Of a stretch of 64,000 nt of DNA, positions 39,087 to 49,158 are shown in pieces. The notes beneath the pieces are model-generated. The model did not search any database and had not been told where the DNA came from. It was given only the letters and a program-made list of their open reading frames with translations. Every line of letters starts with the position of its first letter. Positions within the stretch are counted from its first letter, which is position 1. The stretch is from an uncultured delta proteobacterium (GTDB lineage Bacteria; Desulfobacterota; Binatia; UBA9968): contig CAWDPO010000046.1 of the NCBI GenBank assembly GCA_963804165.1, forward strand, positions 320,001 to 384,000, given 5' to 3'. The translations under genes and the position numbers were made by a program.

Positions 39087-39611
39087 ATGCGACAAGAATC
39101 TTTGCAAATCGAGCCCGGCCTAAAATGGTATGCAATCCAGACTAAGGTGAACCGGGAGAAGGATGTGGGGAAACGGCTTACCGATTTTCATTTGGAAGTT
39201 TTCTTGCCGTGGCTGCGCACGCGGCGGCGGATCGGCAGCCGGTTTCACTGGGTGCTGGCGCCGCTGTTCCCGGGTTACGTGTTTTGCCGACTCGATATGG
39301 TCCTCTCGGGTAAGGCGGCGCGCTACTCCCCCGGCGTGAAGGATTTTCTAAAGTTCGGCAGCCGCGTCGCGGAAGTGGATGAAAGTATCATCGAAGTCTT
39401 GCGCCAACGATGTCCGGGAGGCGTCGCGCAGTTCGAGCCGATCAATGTCCAGCCTGGCGATACCGTGCGCATCAACGAGGGACCGTTCTCCGGGCTCGAG
39501 GCGATCTTCGAACAAAAACTCAAAGGCAGCGAACGCGTTGCGGTCTTGCTGGAAATTCTCGGTCGCCAGACTCGTATCGTTCTTCCGAGCGAGACCATTG
39601 CGAAGATTTAG
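39087..39611 (+). CDS. NusG-paralog transcription antiterminator (RfaH/UpxY-like)
   Basis: WYAIQTK..REK, PLFPGYVF NGN domain; GDTVRI.EGPFSG KOW domain. Confidence 0.85.
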   Translation: MRQESLQIEPGLKWYAIQTKVNREKDVGKRLTDFHLEVFLPWLRTRRRIGSRFHWVLAPLFPGYVFCRLDMVLSGKAARYSPGVKDFLKFGSRVAEVDESIIEVLRQRCPGGVAQFEPINVQPGDTVRINEGPFSGLEAIFEQKLKGSERVAVLLEILGRQTRIVLPSETIAKI

Positions 39612-39816
39612 CGTTCACGTGATCTTTCCTTAGTAGCCGGGCATGATCCACCTCTATTCGCCCGCGCGGCCGCAACAGCGAGTTTGAAATTCGCTCTTAC
39701 GACTCGAGCGCGCCTGGTTCGGATGCCGCTGCTTGCGCGGGTCGTTATCTTGACAGCGTTCGACTTCGCTTGATAAAGCCCCAGAGAATGACATCGATCT
39801 TGCGAGGAGGAGTCCC

Positions 39817-42303
39817 ATGGGTCATCAGACCTGGCAACGATACTTGCTCCTGACACTCACGGGGCTCTTCGGACTCTTGCTCATCGGCGAAACGTTTCTT
39901 TCGTCCAGTCGATGGATCAATCAACCCTTTCCCGGATTCTTCATCCATGAAAATTTGACGGTTGGTCCTTACTTCGTGCCCGGCTGGACGGGCACCACCG
40001 CCGGGTTGCAATCGCTGGATCGAGTCGTAACCGCCGCGGGCCGTCCCGTGCGGAATCGCATGGAAATGTATGACCTAGTCCGTCGCACTCCCATCGGCAC
40101 GGCCATTCAATATCAGGTGATGCGCGATTCGCAGCTGCGCGAATACGCGGTTGCGACGATGAATTTTACCTTCCGCGACTGGTTGCTCAGCTTCGGTATT
40201 TACATTGCCATCGGTCTGGCGTTTCTGGTCATCGGCGTAGCGCCGTATTTTTACCGCGCGTCTTCCCCTGTGGCCCTGCCGTTATGCTTCATGGTCCTGG
40301 CGGTTTTTGTTTGGTTCCAGACCACCTTCGATTTCATGACGGAGGCGCTGCTGCCGAAGGAGTTGCGCATCTTCGCGCTGTCGCTGACCCCGAGCGCGGC
40401 GATCCATTTGGCATTGCTGCTGCGCGCCGGCAGCGCGCGGCCGGCGCCGCGTCCGCGCTTGATCGCGGTGGTCTATGGAATCGGGCTGGCGCTGGGAGCA
40501 GTGCACAGCATGACTTATTTCGGTCCACTCGAAACCTGGATCAGTAATTTTCAAGCCGGTTATATTTACGTCTGCATCGGCGCCTCGAGTTTTCTGTTGA
40601 TTACCGCAAACGCCCTGCGCCGCAGCGACTCCGACCTCGAACGGTCGCGATTGCGCGTCATGTTCGTCGGCGCGCTCTTGGGATTTTTGCTTCCCGCGCT
40701 AGCGACGGTGCTGACGAGCTCGTATCAAATTCAGATCCCCTACAATCTCGCTCTGATACCGACGATCTTCTTTCCCATTTCCGTGGCTTACGCTCTGCTC
40801 AAGTATAGTCTCTTCGATCTCGGCAACGCTTTGCGGGTGGGTTTGAGCCGCATTGCGCTGTTGGCGTTGTTGGTCGCGATCTACGCGGTCATCGCGTTCC
40901 TGGTGGCGCCGTGGATCGGCGATTACGCCAAAGATCCGCTGGTGCCGATCTTTTTCTCAGTTCTCGTGATTGCCTTGTTCAATCCCTTGCTGCGCTGGCT
41001 CGAGGGAGTGGTCGACCGTTATATTTTTCGTCAGGACTATGATCCCGCCCGAGTGCAAGAGGAGATTAGTCTTTATCTTCGCACCCTCGATTCGGCGGGA
41101 TCGTTGGCCAAGGGTTTCATCGATCGAGTCACCCAAGCTCTCGGAATCGGCAGCGCCATCGTTATTTATCGGGCGAAAGAATCTCTCGAATATTTGGCCG
41201 TGGCGACCGAGTCGATGTCGCCGGGCATCGACTCGGTGCTCGTCGAGGCCAATGCCATTTGCGATATCTGGTCTTCTCCGGACTACCGGGGCGTGGCCCG
41301 CGCCGAAGTGACGACCCATCCACGCTACCGGGAGAGACGGGACCAGGTGCTGGCGATTTTTGCCCGCTGCAACGCCGAGCTGCTGATCCCGCTGGTGTAC
41401 GAGCGGCAAGTGCGTGGCGCCGTGGCATTCAGCGCCAAACGCACGCGCCAGGAGTATAGCGCGGAAGATTTCCGCCTGTTGGGAACGCTCACCGACCAAT
41501 TGGCTTTGTCGCTCGAAAATGGCCGGCTCTATGAAGAGTCGATCCAGGCCTATCATCGGGTCGAAGCCAGCAATCGGAAACTGATCGAAATGGACCGTAT
41601 CAAGAAGGATTTTGTCGCCAACATTTGCCACGAGCTGCGCACGCCGGTCAGTACCATCATCGGTTATGGCGAGGTTTTGCGTGATCCGAATTTCACGGGC
41701 GACGCGCGCAACATGCTCAATCAGCTCGTTAACAACGGGCAAGAGTTGTCGAGTCTCATGGACAACCTGATGAATTTTTCGCGCATGGAGGCTGACGGCC
41801 CGTCGGCGCAATTCGAAATCGTCAAACTCAGGGAAGTCTTTGCCGGCCTGGAAGTGATGACCCGGCGGCTGATTCGCGAGCGCCCGATCGAGTTTGGCAT
41901 TCATCTGGAGTCCGCGGTCGATACCATTGAAAGCGACGGCCAAAAGCTGCAGCAGATCTTAGTCCAGCTCGTGACGAATGCGCTTAAGTTTACCGAGAAG
42001 GGGCGCATTGAACTGTCGATCCGCAAGCACCAGGAGGCGGGTCAGGAGCTCGTGGAAATCGCCGTCACCGATACCGGCATCGGCATCAAGCGCGAAGACC
42101 AAGAACTTATTTTCGAGGATTTTCGCCAGCTCGACGGCTCCTCGACCCGGCAATACGGCGGTACGGGGTTGGGGCTGGGACTTTGTAAGAGACTCGCGGC
42201 CGCGCTCGGTGGAAATCTCAGCGTCGCTAGCGAAATCGGCGTCGGCAGTGTGTTCAGTCTATTCCTGCCGATCCGATTTTCCGAGCCGGCGGCTGGGCAA
42301 TAG
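39817..42303 (+). CDS. Multi-TM sensor histidine kinase with PDZ-like and GAF domains
   Basis: AGLQSLDRVV...G.PV PDZ-like segment, many TMs, LLIPL...Y...D..LL..L..QLA.SLEN..LY GAF, CHELRTP, GGTGLGL. Confidence 0.88.
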   Translation: MGHQTWQRYLLLTLTGLFGLLLIGETFLSSSRWINQPFPGFFIHENLTVGPYFVPGWTGTTAGLQSLDRVVTAAGRPVRNRMEMYDLVRRTPIGTAIQYQVMRDSQLREYAVATMNFTFRDWLLSFGIYIAIGLAFLVIGVAPYFYRASSPVALPLCFMVLAVFVWFQTTFDFMTEALLPKELRIFALSLTPSAAIHLALLLRAGSARPAPRPRLIAVVYGIGLALGAVHSMTYFGPLETWISNFQAGYIYVCIGASSFLLITANALRRSDSDLERSRLRVMFVGALLGFLLPALATVLTSSYQIQIPYNLALIPTIFFPISVAYALLKYSLFDLGNALRVGLSRIALLALLVAIYAVIAFLVAPWIGDYAKDPLVPIFFSVLVIALFNPLLRWLEGVVDRYIFRQDYDPARVQEEISLYLRTLDSAGSLAKGFIDRVTQALGIGSAIVIYRAKESLEYLAVATESMSPGIDSVLVEANAICDIWSSPDYRGVARAEVTTHPRYRERRDQVLAIFARCNAELLIPLVYERQVRGAVAFSAKRTRQEYSAEDFRLLGTLTDQLALSLENGRLYEESIQAYHRVEASNRKLIEMDRIKKDFVANICHELRTPVSTIIGYGEVLRDPNFTGDARNMLNQLVNNGQELSSLMDNLMNFSRMEADGPSAQFEIVKLREVFAGLEVMTRRLIRERPIEFGIHLESAVDTIESDGQKLQQILVQLVTNALKFTEKGRIELSIRKHQEAGQELVEIAVTDTGIGIKREDQELIFEDFRQLDGSSTRQYGGTGLGLGLCKRLAAALGGNLSVASEIGVGSVFSLFLPIRFSEPAAGQ

Positions 42304-42395
42304 CCGAGAAACCGGGGCAACCGATTGCTCCTGTAATTAGGCGCTACACGTGTGCTAGATTATCGCTAGTCTATCCGAAGGAGGACTCGCAGCTT

Positions 42396-43109
42396 ATGCC
42401 GCAATTGCGCCAACTGGTCATCGCCGCCGAAAATCCCGGCCATCTATCGGCGTTTTACCAAGATGTATTCGAACTGGAGAAAATCGACGAAACGAAGGGT
42501 GCGGTTTTTTTATCCGACGGTGTTTTCAACCTGGCGTTGGTGAGCGAGCCCGATGCACAGAAACAGGGATTGAGACATCTCAGCTTCGACACGGTGCGCG
42601 TCGAGTCGATGGGCAAGAAACTCGCCAATGCCGGCGTTGCGGAATCGAGCTTGATGCAAGTGGACACGGTGACCGGGATGGAATTCGAGCTCCGCGATCC
42701 CGACGGCAACACGGTCGGCGTTTGCCGGCGAGCTTTCGACGTCGCCTACGAGCAGCGTCCGGTGCCGATTCGCCATATCGCGCTCTACACGCCGAATCCG
42801 CAGCGCATGGCGGACTTTTACTGCAAGGCTCTCGACATGAAGGAGGTCGAAAAGACCGACCGCTCGTCGATCTTCGTGTCCGACGGATATTTCAATCTGG
42901 CGCTTTTGTATCAGCGCAAAGAAGAGCCGATGGGTCTCAATCATTTTGGTTTTCACGTCAAGAGCAACGAAGAGATGCAAGCTCGCGCGGAGAAGGCGGG
43001 CGTGCGGCGCGGCGCGGCACGGCCGGAGCGAATTCCCTTCGCCGAATATCGCGTTCACGATCCGGAGGGCAACGGCATCGATATTTCACAGAAAGGTTGG
43101 CGGGTTTAA
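42396..43109 (+). CDS. Tandem two-domain VOC family protein
   Basis: Two SDG.FNLA / DP.GN modules. Confidence 0.85.
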   Translation: MPQLRQLVIAAENPGHLSAFYQDVFELEKIDETKGAVFLSDGVFNLALVSEPDAQKQGLRHLSFDTVRVESMGKKLANAGVAESSLMQVDTVTGMEFELRDPDGNTVGVCRRAFDVAYEQRPVPIRHIALYTPNPQRMADFYCKALDMKEVEKTDRSSIFVSDGYFNLALLYQRKEEPMGLNHFGFHVKSNEEMQARAEKAGVRRGAARPERIPFAEYRVHDPEGNGIDISQKGWRV

Positions 43110-43120
43110 ATTAAGAAAAT

Positions 43121-43204
43121 CGTTCCAATCGTTTCAATCGTTCCAGATGTTCCATTTGTTCCGACATAATTGGAACGATTGGAACTTATGGAACGGTTGG
43201 AACT
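43121..43204. repeat. Palindromic element of 9-nt tandem repeats (GTTCCAATC)n ... (TTGGAACGA)n
   Basis: About five GTTCC-core units followed by four GGAAC-core units in inverted orientation. Confidence 0.8.
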
Positions 43205-43216
43205 ATCTTTTGCCCT

Positions 43217-43864
43217 ATGAACAGCGAAGACTTTCTCAACGAGATCCTCGCGCCGGTGCATGAATTTTGCCGATCGCTCGACGGTCATCCACCCGCCTAT
43301 AGCTACATTCCGTTGCGCTCGGATAAGGAACGCATTCGCGTGATGCAAAGCCGGTTGTTTAACGAACTGCGCGCCGCGGATCTGTTTGGCACGTGGCTGA
43401 AGACCACGCCCGAGTTGGATGTCAAAGCGACGATGGCGGAGTCGGCGCACGAAGAAATGGTTCATGCGCAAATTTTATCCAAGCGCATCCGCGATCTCGG
43501 CGCGGAGCCTTTCGACTATAAGCCGCTGCCGGCGCAGATCGCTATGTTCAATGCGATGGAAGGGCTCAACGACACCTGCGAGCGCATCGCGGGCCTCTCC
43601 CTCGCCGGCGAGACCGTGGCGAATTATTTGATCCAGATGTGTCTCAAGTCGCCTGATGTTCCCGAGTGGATCAAGCAACCATATCGGCGTATCACCGAGG
43701 ACGAAGAAGGGCACGGCAGCGTGCCGCAACAATTTCTCAAGCGCTACGCAACGACCGAGGATCGGCAAGACCGCGTGCGCCGCGCCGTGGCGATGCGCAT
43801 GGTGCTGTTCCGCGAATATCTCGCCAGTTTGGACCGCTGGGCGATGGGCAAGGATCGCTGGTAG
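43217..43864 (+). CDS. Ferritin-like diiron-carboxylate protein
   Basis: E(NELRAA)...EEMVH...E(AGETVA)...DEEGH ligand pattern. Confidence 0.78.
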   Translation: MNSEDFLNEILAPVHEFCRSLDGHPPAYSYIPLRSDKERIRVMQSRLFNELRAADLFGTWLKTTPELDVKATMAESAHEEMVHAQILSKRIRDLGAEPFDYKPLPAQIAMFNAMEGLNDTCERIAGLSLAGETVANYLIQMCLKSPDVPEWIKQPYRRITEDEEGHGSVPQQFLKRYATTEDRQDRVRRAVAMRMVLFREYLASLDRWAMGKDRW

Positions 43865-44031
43865 TTTTTCCATTCATAACTCGTGTCCCTTGAGTTCTTG
43901 AATCTAGGAGCCAAGATGAGCCGCGTCCGACGTAAAACGGATTGCGCGTTCGGAATTCCGCCCGACAATTTTTTCCTTGAAGAAACGCTGTCATCCTCGT
44001 ACTATCCGAATCAATTTTTGAGGAGGAGCAT

Positions 44032-44967
44032 ATGAAGCTACTTTTTTTTGATGATTTTAAGTTGGGCGTGCTGAAAGGCGACGCCGTGGTGGATGTGTCG
44101 GAGTTGGTCCGCGCCATCCCGCACACCGGACCGCATAATTTGATCAGCGGGCTGATCGAGCATTTCGGCGACTACCGAAGCGCGCTGGAGAAGGCGGCCT
44201 CGTCGGGCAAGGGCGTGCCCCTTGCCAGCGTACGCATCCGGCCACCGTTGCCAAAGCCGGTGAACATTGACTGTATGGCGGTGAATTACATGGAGGACGG
44301 CACGCGCAAGGAAGCGGCGCCGATCAACGCGTTTCACAAGTCGCCGAACTGTGTGATCGGCGACGGCGACACCATGGTGTTGCCCGACGTGCCCGCGACC
44401 ATCTTCGAGGGCGAAGCCGAGATGGCTCTGGTGATCGGCAAGCACGCCGCCAATGTGCCCGCGGCCGAGGCGATGGAATATGTTTTTGGTTACGTTAATT
44501 TTATCGACGGTTCGGCGCGTGGCTTGCCGCCGTCGGGCAATACGTTCTACCAGATGAAGTCGCGCGACACCTTCGGTCCGATGGGTCCGTACCTCGTCAC
44601 CGCTGACGAGATAAAAGACCCGCTCAATCTTCAGGTGCGTCTGTGGGTCAATGGCACGCTGATGCAGAACTACAACACCAGCGACATGGCGCACAAAATC
44701 CCGCGCTGCATCGAATGGGTGAGCTCGATCCATCCGCTCGAGCCGGGCGATGTACTCGCCTGCGGCACGAATCACCGCGGTCTCAACCCTTTTCAAGACG
44801 GCGACCTGGTCGAGCTCGAAAACGAACCGCTCGGTCGCCTGCACGTGAAGATCCGCGACGATCTCAAGCGCACGTGGGCGCGAGAGACACGGCTGCAGCG
44901 ACAGGAGAAAGGGCTTGAAGGTTTCACGCCGCAGCTGACCGGCAAGCATGCCAAGGGAAACGCATGA
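44032..44967 (+). CDS. Fumarylacetoacetate hydrolase family protein
   Basis: NY, EGEAEMALVIGK, D.SAR, KSRDTFGPMGP, LEPGDV..CGT. Confidence 0.9.
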   Translation: MKLLFFDDFKLGVLKGDAVVDVSELVRAIPHTGPHNLISGLIEHFGDYRSALEKAASSGKGVPLASVRIRPPLPKPVNIDCMAVNYMEDGTRKEAAPINAFHKSPNCVIGDGDTMVLPDVPATIFEGEAEMALVIGKHAANVPAAEAMEYVFGYVNFIDGSARGLPPSGNTFYQMKSRDTFGPMGPYLVTADEIKDPLNLQVRLWVNGTLMQNYNTSDMAHKIPRCIEWVSSIHPLEPGDVLACGTNHRGLNPFQDGDLVELENEPLGRLHVKIRDDLKRTWARETRLQRQEKGLEGFTPQLTGKHAKGNA

Positions 44968-45077
44968 AAACGCGCGGCGCGTGAGTTCCGAGAATCGTGC
45001 TTGTGGTTCGCGTTCGTAGCAAAGGCGATTGGAGCCAACGCCGGGACGGAGCGCGACAAAATTACGGGAGGGATCGA

Positions 45078-46949
45078 GTGAAAGCGGAAATCGTCAAGAA
45101 AGCGACGCCGATGAAAAATCGGCAAACCAAAAAGACCGAGATCGACCGGCCGGCAAATCTGGGAAAGCCGCAAATGAAATGGGGCAGCGACGTCGTCGCC
45201 GAAGTGACCCGACGGCTCAACCTCAAATACATCGCGCTGGTGCCGGGGGCCAGCTATCGCGGCTTTCACGACAGCATCGTCAACTATCTCGGCAACAGCA
45301 ATCCGCAGATGGTCATTTGCCTGCACGAAGAGCACGCGGTCTCGATCGCCGACGGTTACGGCAAGGTGACCGAGGAACCCATGGCCGTGGCCTTGCACTC
45401 CAACGTCGGGCTGATGCATGCGACCATGCCGATCTTCAATGCCTGGTGCGACCGCACGCCGATGATCATCTTCGGCGCGACGGGTCCCGTGGATGCACAT
45501 CGGCGCCGGCCGTGGATCGACTGGATCCACACGTCGAAGGACCAAGCATCGATGATTCGCAATTACACCAAGTGGGATGATCAGCCGGCTTCGCCGCAAG
45601 CGGCCGTTGAATCGGTGCTGCGCGCGAACCAAATTACCCGCAGCGCGCCCTATGGGCCGGTCTATATTTGCCTCGACGCCGGTCTACAGGAGTCGGCGCT
45701 CGCAGAAGAAGTGTCAATTCCCGATCCGGCGCGTTTCGCGCCGGCGCCTTCTCCTGCGGCACCGTACGCGTCCGTGCTGCAAGCTCTGACAGCGATCGAC
45801 AAAGCCAGTTTTCCCCTGATCTTGATGGGGCGCGTTTCGCGCAAGCAGGCAGACTGGGATCGCCGCGTGCGCTTTGCCGAAGCGATCGGCGCCGCCGTCT
45901 TGACCAGCAGCAATGATGCGGCATCGTTTCCGACGACGCATCCGCTCCATCTGGCCGCGCCGTGTCTGCGTCCAAACAAAGCTGCGGCCGCGTTGATCAA
46001 GAAAGCCGATCTCATTATCAGCCTCGATTGGCTGGATCTGGCCGGTGTATTTCGCCTCGCACTCGGTACCGCGCAAACGCAGGAGCCCGCGGACAAGACC
46101 ATCATCCATTGCTCCGTTGACAGCTATCGCACCAATGGATGGAGCATGGACCATCAAGCCTTGCCTGCGGTGGATATTCCGATTCATGCCGAGCCCGATT
46201 CATTCATCGCGCAGCTGCTCTATGAGCTTGACGCTAAGAAAACGCCAAAAGCCAAAACTCGACCGGAGATGAAAGGCCTCGCCCATTGGAATAGTGCGAG
46301 CTTGAGCAAATCGTCCGCTGGTCGCGGCGAGTCGATGACGTTGTGGGACATGGCGATGACGGTGCGGGAGTTTGCCAAAAAACGTCCGATCACGTTCGCT
46401 CGGCTGCCGCTCGGCTGGCCGGGGGAAGCCTATGAGTTCGACGGTCCCATGTCTTTCATGGGCAACGACGGCGGCGGAGCCGTCGGCACCGGGCCGGGGC
46501 ATACCATCGGCACCGCGCTAGCTCTCAAGGACAGTGATCGGCTGACCGTCGGCGTCATCGGCGACGGCGATTATCTTATGGGCGTCAATGCGCTTTGGAC
46601 GGCCGCCCACTTCGGGATTCCCGTGATGATCGTGGTCGCCGACAATCGCTCGTACTTCAACGACGAAATGCACCAGGAGCGCGTCGCGCAGATGCGCAGC
46701 CGGCCGGCGCAAAATCGTTGGATCGGCCAGCGCATCGACGATCCGCGGATCGACTTGGTGGCGATGGCGCGTGCGCAGGGTTTTGACAGTGAGGCTCCGG
46801 TTTCGACCGCCGATGCGTTGGCCAAAGCGCTCAAGCGCGGCGCCGAGGTTGTTGCGAGAGGCGGACGCTATTTTCTCGATTCAGTCGTAGAGCCCGGCTA
46901 TGCCGACAGCGGCCCGGATCAGCGTGCGGGCGATGGGAAAAAAGGCTAA
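45078..46949 (+). CDS. Thiamine pyrophosphate-dependent enzyme (ALS/benzoylformate decarboxylase-like)
   Basis: LHEEHAV, GDGDYLMG...DN TPP motif; GTG start after GGGAGG. Confidence 0.88.
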   Translation: MKAEIVKKATPMKNRQTKKTEIDRPANLGKPQMKWGSDVVAEVTRRLNLKYIALVPGASYRGFHDSIVNYLGNSNPQMVICLHEEHAVSIADGYGKVTEEPMAVALHSNVGLMHATMPIFNAWCDRTPMIIFGATGPVDAHRRRPWIDWIHTSKDQASMIRNYTKWDDQPASPQAAVESVLRANQITRSAPYGPVYICLDAGLQESALAEEVSIPDPARFAPAPSPAAPYASVLQALTAIDKASFPLILMGRVSRKQADWDRRVRFAEAIGAAVLTSSNDAASFPTTHPLHLAAPCLRPNKAAAALIKKADLIISLDWLDLAGVFRLALGTAQTQEPADKTIIHCSVDSYRTNGWSMDHQALPAVDIPIHAEPDSFIAQLLYELDAKKTPKAKTRPEMKGLAHWNSASLSKSSAGRGESMTLWDMAMTVREFAKKRPITFARLPLGWPGEAYEFDGPMSFMGNDGGGAVGTGPGHTIGTALALKDSDRLTVGVIGDGDYLMGVNALWTAAHFGIPVMIVVADNRSYFNDEMHQERVAQMRSRPAQNRWIGQRIDDPRIDLVAMARAQGFDSEAPVSTADALAKALKRGAEVVARGGRYFLDSVVEPGYADSGPDQRAGDGKKG

Positions 46950-47045
46950 ACGAGATAACGCGTCGGCGATGGTGAAGTCGGCATTCGATCAGCAGAGGCA
47001 AGCGCGTTGAAATCAACCGAGTCGTAATACTGGACTCGAGTTGCC

Positions 47046-49158
47046 ATGCGATTTCAGAGCATCGAAAGGCTGCGTAGCCGATGCGCAACCTATAAGTTAC
47101 CCGCGCTCGTGCTGTTGTTGATGCTGATCACTGTGATCGGCGCATTTCTAGCCGTCAGCACAGCGCGAAATGTACTGTTTCGGACACGCGCGGCGGTGCC
47201 GGCTATTGTGCCGCGTGCGTCATGGCTAGCAGCCTCATATCTGGACCGTGCGGCCATTACGGAGCAGAGTGTTGATTCGCCCCAGCTCGTGCGAGCGTTG
47301 TTGTGGCCCACGCTCGGTTCGCCGGCGCTGTTAGATTCCACGGTGCCGCTTGATGTCGTTCTTGCTCATCCGTACCCCGGTTCCCGTTTTGTACTGATTT
47401 CGCGCGAAGCCCTCGCTGAGCTCGACGAACACCTCTATAGCCTTCCACCCACGCCGAATGGCGACGCACTCATCGGTGCACGGATCGCCGCCGCGCACGC
47501 GGATGGTCAGAGGAGCTCGCTCGACATGGTGCTGATTCCCGAAGAACGCAAGGCGATGATCGGTGCGATCGCCGACGTGAATTACCAAGCGGCTCGCCTC
47601 GCGCTGCTTGCGCGTGTGAAAAACGATACGGATCAAGACGCGCGCGCCGCAGTGACACGTTTTCGCGCCGGCGTGGCGCGGATCGTCGAGCGCGATCGCA
47701 AAAAGCTCCTGCCCTTGGAGACGGCAGGGGACTGCGTTCAACTGGGAGTGGGCACAACCTGTGTGGTGAGCGCGCGCGTGCCGGTCGAAACCGCAGCCGG
47801 CCTTTACACGCTTGTGCTCCTTGGCCCCGACGAAAAACTGCTCGATTTTCAAATGAACGCCGCGTACAGGCCGATGGATCGGGACACCGCACCGTCCTTT
47901 GTCCTTGCCAGCGATATGCAGTGGGGCGACGCGCCGGCGGTTGCAGGCGCTGCGCTGTCATTCGTGAGCTTGATGAATGCGCTCCAGCACGCCGCGCGCG
48001 CGCCGGATTTTATCTTAATGGCGGGCGACGTCGTCGACGGCCAATTCGGCAGCGCAGGCAATCTCTGGTCGAGACTTTTCGGCGGCGCGGAGAACTATAC
48101 TCGCGATTTTCCCCAGGCGTGGCTCGCGCTCGCGGCTCTTCGTGTGCCGATCTATCTGGTGCCCGGCAACCATGACGGCTACCGCTTTGAGGACGCTGTC
48201 GGTGGACTGCGCTCGGACGGTTTTCTCTTGTTCCAGAGTACCTTCGGGCCGCTTTACCATCGATCGACCGCCCTGGCGGTTTGTCCTGCTGAATAGCTAT
48301 GACCTTCCCAATGGCAGCCGTACGATCGGGCAAGGCGAAGCTTCCAATATGGTCGAACGTTTTTCTGATCGGCTAAACGTGCTCAATTGGGGCGGTGGCA
48401 TGGGCTTGGCGCAGCACGAATGGCTGCGCTATCAACTGGGTTTGGACGGCGCGCCCGCGACAAAACTGTCCATGGCTCTGGTGATGCATCATGACCCGCG
48501 CGGCGGCTATCCTGCTTTGCGCCGCGAGTTTCAGCAAAGGCAAAAGCAATGGTCGACGGAACGCCACGTACCCATCGGTGCGGACTTAGCCGAGTCGACC
48601 GCCATGTTGGTTCAGCACACGCCGCGCTCTGCGGACACCGAAGAGGTTCATTTGGGCTATTACACGCCGCTCCGTGATCAGCGGACTTCTGTCCGCGGCA
48701 GCGAGTGGTTTGATCTCGGTGTGAAAGTTTCACTTCCGGATAGTCTCGGTTGGCCGGGGTGGTCCAAGTACCAGCAGGAGTGGCACTCCCCGATGCTGTA
48801 CGGGCGCGGGTTCCCGGATCTACGGGTCTATGCGTCCAAAGACCTGATCGCGCCGGCCACGCTCCTGCGCACCGTCATCGACGGTCGGGTTCGGGCACTC
48901 TTCAAGGGGCACGACAATCGATTTGCGCGCGCTCATATGAAACCCGGGGAGAGTATTTTTACCCGTACCGCCGAAGCGGCGCTGCTGCAAATGAGCGAGC
49001 CGGCACGGAAGAAAGAACTTCAGGAACTCCGCCTACACAATGCCCTGGACGTCTATCACGTCGCCGATCTGTCGGACTTCAATACCGACGGACATGGATT
49101 TTTTTGGGTGAACGTCAACAAAAACAACCTCGCGGTGCTGGAGATTGACCACAGATGA
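47046..49158 (+). CDS. Membrane-anchored calcineurin-like metallophosphoesterase (frameshift near 48265)
   Basis: N-terminal TM; SDMQ, GDVVD, PGNHD in first ORF; LLNS, MHHDP, GHDN in 48142-49158. Confidence 0.75.

Noticed and set aside
43121-43204. GTTCCAAT repeats as a possible CRISPR array
   Set aside because: Units are 9 nt, contiguous and inverted, with no unique spacers and no cas genes
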